DNA of 64,000 bases, taken from assembly GCA_963737655.1 (NCBI GenBank), contig CAVTTN010000002.1, positions 4,448,001 through 4,512,000 of the forward strand. Direction: 5' to 3'. Position numbers and translations under genes: made by a program. Below, in pieces: positions 1-8,306 of this stretch (positions within the stretch are counted from its first letter, which is position 1; every line of letters begins with the position of its first letter). The DNA is from an uncultured Planctomycetota bacterium (GTDB lineage: Bacteria; Planctomycetota; Planctomycetia; Isosphaerales; Isosphaeraceae). Under the pieces are notes generated by a model, which saw nothing but the letters and a program-made list of their open reading frames with translations, was not told where the DNA came from and searched no databases.

Positions 1-135
1 CCCTTCGTATATGAACTCGACGTCGTCCAGTTCCTGCCACTGGTCCCGGACGAGCACCGCCAGGCGTTCGGGAGTGATGTCCGTCGCATCCAGGGAGCCG
101 AGGAGGCATGAGACAACTGCCACACCGATTCGCAT
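1..135 (-). CDS. Hypothetical exported protein, 5' part only (runs off the window edge)
   Basis: Minus-strand ATG at 135 with AGGAG upstream; reads MRIGVAVVSCLLGSLDATDITPERLAVLVRDQWQELDDVEFIYEG... open to the edge; same orientation as the upstream operon. Confidence 0.65.
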   Translation of the reverse strand, partial: MRIGVAVVSCLLGSLDATDITPERLAVLVRDQWQELDDVEFIYEG

Positions 136-231
136 GGGGATGCTCCTGGGGGTCAGAGGAGTCCGGAAAGAGGAGAGGGGCCGCGTTCGACGCGCTCCCG
201 GTCTCTCCGAGGACAGGTATCCGCCAGAAGA

Positions 232-723
232 TCAATCGCCTCCGCCGCCGGGGGCGGCCTGATTCCAATATTGCGTGACGTTGTCACAGAACGTATCTCC
301 CGGGGTATATTGGGCACACTTGGGCTGATTATTGACGATCGTGCAGGCACCGACCGCGTTCTTGCCGCATGGCACCGTCTCGCCGAACTGGATGCCGGGC
401 GTCGCGACGTTGTCGGGATCGGTGTAGACCTTCATGTCCGTCGGATCGGCGGCGTTGGTGCATGCGATACAGTTCGTGTTGCCCGAATTCTGAACGGTGC
501 AGCCATAGGTCCCGACGAGCGGAGGCGTCGGGGTGAGGTTTTCGTCGCAGGACGACAGGGAGTTGAGGAATGTGTGCCGGTCGGCGCCCGAGGTGGTGTC
601 GAGGTCCGCAAGGCTCAGCGAGCCGAGGCGATCGGTCGGCTTGGCGGCGGACATCCACCCTGCCACGGCGAGCGCCGTGAAACCGATGATGGAAAGCCGC
701 GAGACGGCGGAGTTGCGGGTCAT
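232..723 (-). CDS. Secreted Cys-rich protein (8 Cys), possible peptide precursor
   Basis: GGAG RBS, N-terminal signal-like hydrophobic segment, LSLADLDTTSGA motif, 8 cysteines in the C-terminal part. Confidence 0.75.
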   Translation of the reverse strand: MTRNSAVSRLSIIGFTALAVAGWMSAAKPTDRLGSLSLADLDTTSGADRHTFLNSLSSCDENLTPTPPLVGTYGCTVQNSGNTNCIACTNAADPTDMKVYTDPDNVATPGIQFGETVPCGKNAVGACTIVNNQPKCAQYTPGDTFCDNVTQYWNQAAPGGGGD

Positions 724-848
724 CGTTGATGCTCCGTGGTTCTGAAGGATAGGGATGCGGAAGGGCCGCGGGAGGACTCAGGCGGATCTTCGATCCCCGT
801 GTTCGGAGGGGACCACCAATGGCCTCCCGTCCGGGGGATGACGAGGGA

Positions 849-1865
849 TCAATCGACGAGTTCCGAGCCATTGCGGCTGCCCAGGCCGCGCCAGACGGGC
901 TGAGAAATCGATTCCGGGACGAACCGGACCGAGCCGTCCGCCATCAAAACGTTCACGCCGCCGGGGTGCAGGCTCCGGGCCGTGGCCATGCCGAGCGCGG
1001 CATACATCGAAGGGGCGAGGCAATCGGGCACCGAGCCGTTGGGGGCCTGGGCATGGTTGTAGAGGGTCCGCTCGCGGCCCGACCAGAACCAGCCACTCCC
1101 ACCGCCCACGTAGGCCCCGACTCCGGGCCGGGCGAACGCCTGACATCCGTGGACGAGCTGATCCGCCGTGAACAGGGCGGTCCGCCACGGATAGTAGTCC
1201 CGAGCCGGGATCGGGTCGTCATCCCGGCCCGAGCCGCGGAGCCGTTCGCTGAACGCGGCGGTGTGGGAGAACCCGTCGGGGACGGAGGCGGCCAGGACGT
1301 AGGCGGCCTCGGGGAAGAGCCCGTTGCCGCTGTCCGAGAATTCTGCGGAAGTATGGGCGCCGGGGCCGATGCCCACGTTCCCTCGATAATTGTTCCCCGC
1401 CCACCCCGGCAATCCGCCGTCGCTCGGGCAGAGGAAGAGATCGACGACCGTGGCGGCGACCGTCGCGTTGGCGGCGTTCCGCGACTCCTCGGAGGCGCCG
1501 AGGCTCGCGATCCCCAGGGCGTTCGGGGGCAAGGTCCCGATGGCGAAATTCGCGGAATCAAACAGGGTGGTCTGGTCGAGATAGGGCAGGAGCCGGGAAT
1601 GGACGGAATAGAATCCCATGTAACCGACCCGACCGTTGGTCATGTTCGACGGCGGGAACCAATCGTTGTCCCGGATGTATCCGTGGAGCGCCAATCCGAT
1701 CTGCCGGAGATTGTTGCTGCATCGGGCCCGCCTCGCCGCCTCGCGGGCCGCCTGGACGGCCGGCAAGAGCAGCGCGGTCAGGATCGCCGTCAAGCCGAGG
1801 ACGACGAGGGCCTCGATCAGCGTGAAGCCGGCGCGTCGGCTCGCCGGGCCCAAGGAATGGGTCAT
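849..1865 (-). CDS. DUF1559 family prepilin-type (PulG-like) protein
   Basis: [13 protein letters not shown] prepilin motif, [28 protein letters not shown]-terminal [16 protein letters not shown] (H-X9-DG); ATGA overlap with upstream gene. Confidence 0.92.
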   Translation of the reverse strand: MTHSLGPASRRAGFTLIEALVVLGLTAILTALLLPAVQAAREAARRARCSNNLRQIGLALHGYIRDNDWFPPSNMTNGRVGYMGFYSVHSRLLPYLDQTTLFDSANFAIGTLPPNALGIASLGASEESRNAANATVAATVVDLFLCPSDGGLPGWAGNNYRGNVGIGPGAHTSAEFSDSGNGLFPEAAYVLAASVPDGFSHTAAFSERLRGSGRDDDPIPARDYYPWRTALFTADQLVHGCQAFARPGVGAYVGGGSGWFWSGRERTLYNHAQAPNGSVPDCLAPSMYAALGMATARSLHPGGVNVLMADGSVRFVPESISQPVWRGLGSRNGSELVD

Positions 1866-2922
1866 CGACGGGCCTCCCCGGAGTTGGGGACCTTGAGCAG
1901 GTGGACGACGACTCGGGCCTGCTCCGGGTCGTCGGTCTCGATCACGACATCGCCCGCCTCCGCATCGCGGGGCGGGCCGATGGACAAGCCGATCCGATGG
2001 AGACCCGCGGCCCCGGAGGTGCCTCTCGTGACCTCGACGAATCGAGGGCTCGTGATCCGCACGACGCGGAACGGTATGCCGTCCGACCTCAAGAGGATCG
2101 ACCGCTTGACCTGGTCCCCGGATTCCCCGAAGACGAGGGAGGGAGGGAAGGCCCGGATCTTGGGAAGCACTTCCCAATTCAGAACGTGTCGGTATGGTGC
2201 GTCCGAGGACCAGGTGACCGTGATCTCGCCCGTTCGCTGTCCCGGCATTTCTCCGGGCGGTATCTCCACTTCGATGTCACGGATCGTCTCCACCAACCCC
2301 TCGGGCAGCGAGCGGGATGTTTCGGGCCCGGCGAAACGGGCGGATAGGGGACTCGCGGCGAGGACGGCCCGAGGGCCACTTCGTCCGAGCTGGCCCAGCC
2401 GACGGCTCGTGATCCGGAGCCGCCGTCGGCCACTCCTGTTCACGACGACCACGCTCGACGTCCCCTCGGAATCGATTTCCGACGCCTCGAAATCGGAGAA
2501 GAGATTCGCGCTGAGGGTGTACAGGAAGACCGGACGATCGGCCGAGGCCGTCTCGACCGCGAAGGCGAACCTCCTGGGACCCGTCTGTCGTCCGGCGTTG
2601 AACCGGACTGGCACCCGGATGCTCGCCCCGGCCGGGACGACGTCCGGCAGCGGACCGATCGACGAGCAGCACGGTATCCTGGCAGCCACCTTGGTCAACT
2701 TTAGCGGGGACGACGAAGCGTTTTCCAGCAAGAAATCGTGAGTGATAGTCTGATCATGGCCTAGCACGAGCCCGAAATCAAAATGCTGAATCGAATCCCC
2801 CGCGACCTTCTCGGGGGCCGCCAGCTCGACCCCAGGAGAGACATCGATCCGGTCCGTCGCGGGCCGAGAACAGCCGGCGATCATATATATATATATATGA
2901 TCGAAAAATATTTCCTTTGCAT
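1862..2922 (-). CDS. DUF1573 domain (Ig-like) lipoprotein; signal peptide out of frame at an (AT)8 tract
   Basis: HFDFGLV...HDFLLEN...IPCCS...[13 protein letters not shown] pattern typical of DUF1573; ATG 2922 encodes [12 protein letters not shown], which joins MIAGC only with one fewer AT unit; in-frame ATG also at 2884. Confidence 0.7.
2878..2903. repeat. (AT)8 microsatellite inside a perfect 26-bp palindrome
   Basis: cgatc(at)8gatcg read directly. Confidence 0.95.
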
Positions 2923-3189
2923 CGGAATCCTCACCATCCGGTTTGCTCCGCGTTGAAGGATAGGTGACTGACTGATTCCTCTTGGGCAACTTAAATGGGG
3001 TGCATTCCGCTTTGCAACAACAAAATCGCAATTTGGGTAAAAAATGAAATGGAAACGGCCATCCATGGCGAGGGGATGCGGCGATCGCGGCGCGATCCTC
3101 CGACCGCCACCCGTTAGGGATCTTCGCGCCGGACGAGTTCCCCTTTACAATACGAGAGGCTCTCTCCGTCCCCTCGGGACCACTCGTCC

Positions 3190-4680
3190 ATGTTTGATGA
3201 TATCCAGAAACGCCTCTCCGGCGCCTTCGGCCGGTTCCGGGCCCGAGGGGTCTTGACCGAGGCGAACATCCAGGACGGCCTGCGAGAGGTCCGCACGGCC
3301 CTTTTGGAAGCGGACGTCCATTACAACGTCGTCCAGGCGTTCATGGCCCGGGTGGGCGAGCAGGCCGTCGGCGCCAACCTGATCAAGAGCGTCCGTCCCG
3401 AGCAGCAGATCGTCAAGATCGTCCACGACGAGCTCGTGGCCCTGATGGGCCCGGCCGACGCCTCGATCCGCATCGAGAAGAACGGCCCGACGGTGCTGAT
3501 GCTCTGCGGCCTCCAGGGTTCCGGCAAGACGACGACCTGCGGCAAGCTCGCGAAGATGCTGAGCGCCCAGGGCCGCAAGCCCCTGCTCGTCGCCGCCGAC
3601 CTCCAGCGCCCCGCCGCCATCGAGCAGTTGAAGGTGATCGGCCAGCAGCTGCAAATCCCCGTCTACAGCGAGGCCACCGCCAACCCGGTGAAGGTCTGCC
3701 AGGATGCCCTGGTCGAGGCCAACCGCCAGGGCCGCGACACGATCATCCTCGACACCGCCGGGCGCCTCCACGTCGACGACGCCCTGATGGCCGAGCTCCA
3801 GCAGATCGAGAAGAAAGTCAAGCCGCATCAGGTGTTCTTCGTCTGCGACGCCCTGACCGGCCAGGACGCCGTGGCCTCCGCCGGGGCGTTCAACAAGGCC
3901 CTCGAGCTCGACGGCGTGATCCTCACGAAGCTCGACGGCGACGCCCGGGGCGGCGCCGCGCTGTCGGTCCGCCAGGTCACCGGCGTCCCGATCAAGTTCG
4001 TGGGCATGGGCGAGAAGCTCGACAAGCTCCAGCCCTTCGACCCCGAGCGCCTGGTCGGCCAGATGCTGGGCATGGGGGACATCGTCGGGCTGGTCGAGGC
4101 CGCGCAATCGGCCGTGGACGAGGAAGAGGCCCTCCGGCAACAGGAGAAGCTCGCCAAGGGCAAGTTCGACCTCAACGACTTCCGCCAGCAGATCATCCAG
4201 ATGAAGAAGATGGGGTCCGTCAAGGACCTCATGAGCAAGATCCCCGGGATGAGCCAGATGACCGGCCAGCTCGACGGCGTGGACGCCGACGGCGAGGTCA
4301 AGCGCATCCAGGGGATCATCGACAGCATGACCCCCGAGGAGAGGAAGAACCCCCACCTGATCAACATCTCCCGACGGCGACGGATCGCCGCCGGGGCGGG
4401 CGTGGACCCGTCGGACATCTCCGGGCTCGTCGATCAGTTCGACGCCATGGCCGCCGTCGTCAAGCAGATGGCCTCGATGTCCATGCTCGACAAGATCCGG
4501 ATGATGACCGGCCTGGGCCGCGCCGGCGCCTTCAACCCCGGCGCCAAGCTCGTGGCCCCCAAGCAGGGCACCGGCAAGAGGCTGAGCCCCAAGGAACGCG
4601 AGAAGCTGAAGAAGCAGAGAGAGAAGGAAGAGCGAAAGAAACGGCGGGAGGAGCGCGGCCAGAGGCCCCCGGGCCCCTGA
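3190..4680 (+). CDS. ffh: Signal recognition particle protein Ffh
   Basis: GLQGSGKTTT, DTAGR, TKLDGDARGGAALS GTPase motifs and Met-rich M domain with SMTPEER...RRRRIAAGAG. Confidence 0.99.
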   Translation: MFDDIQKRLSGAFGRFRARGVLTEANIQDGLREVRTALLEADVHYNVVQAFMARVGEQAVGANLIKSVRPEQQIVKIVHDELVALMGPADASIRIEKNGPTVLMLCGLQGSGKTTTCGKLAKMLSAQGRKPLLVAADLQRPAAIEQLKVIGQQLQIPVYSEATANPVKVCQDALVEANRQGRDTIILDTAGRLHVDDALMAELQQIEKKVKPHQVFFVCDALTGQDAVASAGAFNKALELDGVILTKLDGDARGGAALSVRQVTGVPIKFVGMGEKLDKLQPFDPERLVGQMLGMGDIVGLVEAAQSAVDEEEALRQQEKLAKGKFDLNDFRQQIIQMKKMGSVKDLMSKIPGMSQMTGQLDGVDADGEVKRIQGIIDSMTPEERKNPHLINISRRRRIAAGAGVDPSDISGLVDQFDAMAAVVKQMASMSMLDKIRMMTGLGRAGAFNPGAKLVAPKQGTGKRLSPKEREKLKKQREKEERKKRREERGQRPPGP

Positions 4681-4743
4681 TCCGGGCCCGCCTCCTCCGC
4701 CGCCTCACTCACCGATGCTTCCGCATCTGAAAGGGGCCCGCCG

Positions 4744-5100
4744 ATGAGCCTCTCGGAAAGGCCCGACGAATCCACCCTCGAGGAATTCCTCCGGCAGGTC
4801 CGGCGGGCGGACCCCGGGCGGCGCGACGACGAGATCGCGAGGGCGTTCCCCGGCCTGGCCTCCCGGCTCCGAAGGATTCGACGGCCCGGCCCGCACAGGG
4901 ACACGGTCGCGATCGAACGCATCGTCGAGGCGATGACCGCCGCCGAGAGGGCCGAACCGCGGGAGATCGGGCCGGAAAGGATCGCCGAAGTCGCCGCGGC
5001 GGCCGGCGTCGGCCGCCCCACGATCGAAGACATCCTCAGCCAGTTCCAAGCCATGAAGGCCATCGTCTCCGCGATGAAGCATCGCCCAAGGAACCCATGA
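4744..5100 (+). CDS. Stand-alone SRP M-domain-like protein (Ffh C-terminal paralog)
   Basis: Colinear similarity to the M domain of the adjacent Ffh (TLEEFLRQV, FPGL, IERIVEAMTAAER..P..I...R...VAAAAGV, ILSQFQAM). Confidence 0.75.
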   Translation: MSLSERPDESTLEEFLRQVRRADPGRRDDEIARAFPGLASRLRRIRRPGPHRDTVAIERIVEAMTAAERAEPREIGPERIAEVAAAAGVGRPTIEDILSQFQAMKAIVSAMKHRPRNP

Positions 5101-5792
5101 TGAGCACCGCCGCCGATCCGTCCGAGGGGCATAACCCCTACGTCGCCCCCCAGGCCCTCGCCACCGACCCGACCATCCCCGTCGATGACGCCCGGGCCTT
5201 CCGCCTGGCCTGCCTGCCGGCCGAGGGCACCGTCAAGCTCATCGGCCTGTTCTACCTGATCAATATCCTCCTGATCGTGATCCATACGGGCCTGACGCTG
5301 TCCTCCGGCCGGCTGGTCGAGGAGGTCCAGTCCCAGGCCAAGAGCCCGCTGATCACGGCCGACCTGATCCGCGGCTTCATCATCGGCACGGCCGTGGTGG
5401 GGATCATCCTGGACGTCCTGTTCGGCCTGGGGCTGAGGATGCTCTGGAACGTGATCCGCTGGGTGGTGGTCGTCCTGATCGCCCTCCAGTTCCTCGGGGG
5501 GATCTTCAGCCTGCTGACCGTCCCCGCCTCGCTGGGAGTCGGCCGAGGGTTCGGGGACGCGATCGCCGCGTTCCTGCCGTTCGTCTCCGGGACGGTCTAC
5601 CTGGTGTTCGCCGTGTTCCTCGGCGGGTCTTCGGCCTCGCCGGTCTTCACCCGCGAGTACAAGGAGGTCATCGCCGCCTCGCCCGACCTCCACCCCTCGC
5701 TCGGCGGCCGGGACCGCCTGTTCATCGGCCTGTACGCGACGGCCGCCCTGCTGAACCTCGCCAACCTCGCGAGGGTCGCGTTTCTCGGCTAG
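5097..5792 (+). CDS. Multi-pass membrane protein with N-terminal NPYxAP motif
   Basis: HNPYVAPQA motif and about 5 hydrophobic segments; ATGA overlap with the preceding gene. Confidence 0.8.
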   Translation: MMSTAADPSEGHNPYVAPQALATDPTIPVDDARAFRLACLPAEGTVKLIGLFYLINILLIVIHTGLTLSSGRLVEEVQSQAKSPLITADLIRGFIIGTAVVGIILDVLFGLGLRMLWNVIRWVVVVLIALQFLGGIFSLLTVPASLGVGRGFGDAIAAFLPFVSGTVYLVFAVFLGGSSASPVFTREYKEVIAASPDLHPSLGGRDRLFIGLYATAALLNLANLARVAFLG

Positions 5793-6047
5793 AGTCTCGA
5801 CGCGGGAGGCCCCTCGGGGTAAGATATCCGGCTCGCGACGGCCGACCCGGCCCTCCGGGCCCGTCGTCGCGCGATCGCGTCCGTCGAGAATCAGGGTGAT
5901 CCCGAAGGAAAGGCCCGGCCGATCAGGCGGGGCGGCCTTCGGGGCGGGGCCGCCGCAGGCTCGGGACCGGCCCCGTCTGGATCGCGAAAGGCACCCGCCG
6001 ACTCGCCATGCGTCCGAGCCGCGCCTTCTCGTTCCCAGGAGCCTTTC

Positions 6048-6407
6048 GTGGTCCGCATCCGCATGAAATCGATGGGCCGTCGCCATCGGCCGTTCTTCCG
6101 CATCTGCGCCATGGACACCCGGACCCCCCGGGACGGCCGAGCCATCGAGGAACTCGGGCACTACGACCCGATGGTCCGCAACACCGAGGCCCGGACGGTC
6201 CTGAACGTCGATCGCATCCGCTACTGGCTCTCCGTCGGCGCCCAGCCCAGCGACAAGGTCGCGGCGATCCTCAAGAGGCTCGGCGTGAACAAGCCCGCCC
6301 CCGGCGAGCCCTGGGCCCTGCCCAAGGCCGAGACCCCCGCCGCCCCGACCCCGGCCCCCGCCGCCTCGACCCCGGCCCCGGCCCCGTCGGCGCCGGCCCC
6401 GAAGTAA
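6048..6407 (+). CDS. rpsP: 30S ribosomal protein S16
   Basis: VRIRMKSMGRRHRPFFRI...RDGRAIEELGHYDP...WLSVGAQPS; GTG start after AGGAG; Pro/Ala-rich tail. Confidence 0.98.
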   Translation: MVRIRMKSMGRRHRPFFRICAMDTRTPRDGRAIEELGHYDPMVRNTEARTVLNVDRIRYWLSVGAQPSDKVAAILKRLGVNKPAPGEPWALPKAETPAAPTPAPAASTPAPAPSAPAPK

Positions 6408-6455
6408 GTTCGGCCCCGCAACGCCAGAGGCGACGGCCTCGGGACGGTCCCGCCC

Positions 6456-7106
6456 ATGCCCCTGCGGTTCGACGTGCTCACCCTGTTTCCCGGCCTCTTC
6501 GACGGCTTCCTCGGCGAGAGCATCCTCAAACGCGCCATCGCCGCCGGGATCGTCGAGGTCCACCGCCATGACATCCGCGACTGGGCGGCCGGGAAGCATC
6601 AGCAAGTCGACGACCGCCCCTTCGGCGGAGGCCCCGGGATGGTCCTGATGGCCCCCCCGGTCGTCTCGGCCGTCGAGGCCGTCCGGGCCATGGCCGAGCC
6701 CGCCGGTCGATCCATCGCCCTGACCCCCCGAGGACGACGGCTCGACCAGGACCTCGTCCGAGAGCTGTCCCAGGAACCGAGAATCCTCCTGATCTGCGGC
6801 CGATACGAGGGCTTCGACGAGCGGATCTTTGACATCCTCCAACCCGAATCGCTCTCGATCGGCGATTACGTCCTCTCCGGGGGCGAGGTCGCGGCCATGG
6901 TCGTCATCGACGCCGTGATGAGGCTCCTGCCCGGGGCCCTCGGCGACTCCGAAAGCGCCCTGGACGAGTCCTTCGGCCCCGACGGCGGCCTCGAATATCC
7001 CCATTACACCCGCCCCCGAGACTTCCGGGGGCTCCCCGTCCCCGACGTCCTCCTCAACGGCGACCACGCCGCCATCGCCCGATGGAGGGCCTCGCGACGG
7101 ACGTAG
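6456..7106 (+). CDS. trmD: tRNA (guanine37-N1)-methyltransferase
   Basis: VDDRPFGGGPGMV, CGRYEGFDER, SIGDYVLSGGE, LEYPHYTRP. Confidence 0.98.
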   Translation: MPLRFDVLTLFPGLFDGFLGESILKRAIAAGIVEVHRHDIRDWAAGKHQQVDDRPFGGGPGMVLMAPPVVSAVEAVRAMAEPAGRSIALTPRGRRLDQDLVRELSQEPRILLICGRYEGFDERIFDILQPESLSIGDYVLSGGEVAAMVVIDAVMRLLPGALGDSESALDESFGPDGGLEYPHYTRPRDFRGLPVPDVLLNGDHAAIARWRASRRT

Positions 7107-7232
7107 CGGTCCGTGGTCCGTGAACCGACGTCCGGGCAACCGGCCCCCCCGAGCGATCCCACGGAAGCCGGACCCTGCCCAACGCCTCGGCCAATGACCA
7201 CCGACCATCGACCACCGACCACTGACCACCCC
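7107..7232. repeat. Short heptamer-like tandem repeats (GACCAC-type) with complementary copies
   Basis: tgaccac/cgaccat/cgaccac/cgaccac/tgaccac at about 7195-7230; complementary-type ggtccgtggtccgtg at about 7108-7122. Confidence 0.6.
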
Positions 7233-7248
7233 CACCGAGGGCCGACCC

Positions 7249-7725
7249 ATGCAGAACAAGTTCATGGAGCTGGTCGAACGCTCCAGCATGAAAGAGACGA
7301 TCCCGCATTTCGAGATCGGCGACACGGTGGATGTTCACGTGCGCATTCTTGAAGGCGAGAAGGAACGCATCCAGATCTTCAACGGCGTGGTGATCGCCCG
7401 CTCCGGCAGCCACACCCGCGAGATGTTCGTCGTCCGGCGGATCGTCCAGGGCGAGGGCGTGGAGCGGAAGTTCCCGGTCCACTCCCCCCGGATCGCCGAC
7501 ATCGTGGTGAAGCGGTCGGGCAAGGTCCGCCGCGCCAAGCTCTACTACCTCCGCGACCGCAGCGGCAAGGCCGTCCGCCTCAAGGAGCGGTTCCCGGGCG
7601 GGAAGGCCACCGCCGCCGAGGCCAAGGCCACCAAGGACGCCAAGCGCGCCACCCGGCTCGCCGCCAAGAAGGCCAAGGCCGACGCCAAGGCCGCCGCCTC
7701 CGCCGAGAAGGCCGCGCAGTCCTGA
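7249..7725 (+). CDS. rplS: 50S ribosomal protein L19
   Basis: GDTVDVHVRILEGEKERIQIFNGVVI...GEGVERKFPVHSP...VRRAKLYYLR; Ala/Lys-rich tail. Confidence 0.98.
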   Translation: MQNKFMELVERSSMKETIPHFEIGDTVDVHVRILEGEKERIQIFNGVVIARSGSHTREMFVVRRIVQGEGVERKFPVHSPRIADIVVKRSGKVRRAKLYYLRDRSGKAVRLKERFPGGKATAAEAKATKDAKRATRLAAKKAKADAKAAASAEKAAQS

Positions 7726-7783
7726 CCCCCCGTCAAGGAACGCCCGCCCAAGGTCGCATGCCCACATCCATGTCGAGTCCGCG

Positions 7784-7829
7784 ATTGCGGACCTCTTCGC
7801 GACCGCGCGAAACCGAAGAGGTCCGCAAT
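7784..7829. terminator. 16-bp perfect hairpin between convergent genes (terminator or REP-like)
   Basis: attgcggacctcttcg ... cgaagaggtccgcaat. Confidence 0.5.
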
Positions 7830-8306
7830 ACGACATGCACCCACGTCCTCGTGGACATGCCTTCACGGAGACCGGGACGCACGGTCCCATTAACGCACTG
7901 GCACACCCAAAGGTGCAGATGTCCGAATTTCCGGCAAACCGAATCGGCCCGATCGGCCGAAGTTGACTACACATTTCGCGCCAGAATCGCGTTTGGGCCG
8001 GGAAAACAAGGGGTTTTGCGCGCAACGACTCGTGCACGCAGATCCTCCCACATACGTTCATTCGATGTCGCGAAAGACGCAACCCCTTGGGGGATCTTGA
8101 GATCCGCCGACGCTCCGGATCGCCGCCCGGGCGTCCCGATCGCCCGGGAGCCGAACACTGCGCAGGTCCGCGGAAGCCCATGAAGGCTTTCATGCGAACA
8201 AGCGTTTGCAAGAGAATCCCGCCGGGCGATGCGGCCCCTCGAACGGAATTCCCGATCGCCGGGGCCCTCGGCCCGCGATGATGTCTCACGAGCGGCCGTC
8301 GGACGA

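Noticed and set aside
5885..5925. Possible SRP (4.5S) RNA near ffh (tcagggtgatcccgaaggaaaggc)
   Set aside because: Only loosely resembles the CAGG.CCGGAAGGAAGCAGC domain IV consensus; the AGCAG element and the long enclosing stem are missing
6408..6455. Absence of rimM between rpsP and trmD
   Set aside because: The rpsP-trmD-rplS order without rimM is known in PVC bacteria; not novel
7107..7232. CRISPR-like or coding repeat between trmD and rplS
   Set aside because: The units are 7-mers without spacers; no cas genes; no CRISPR array found anywhere in the window
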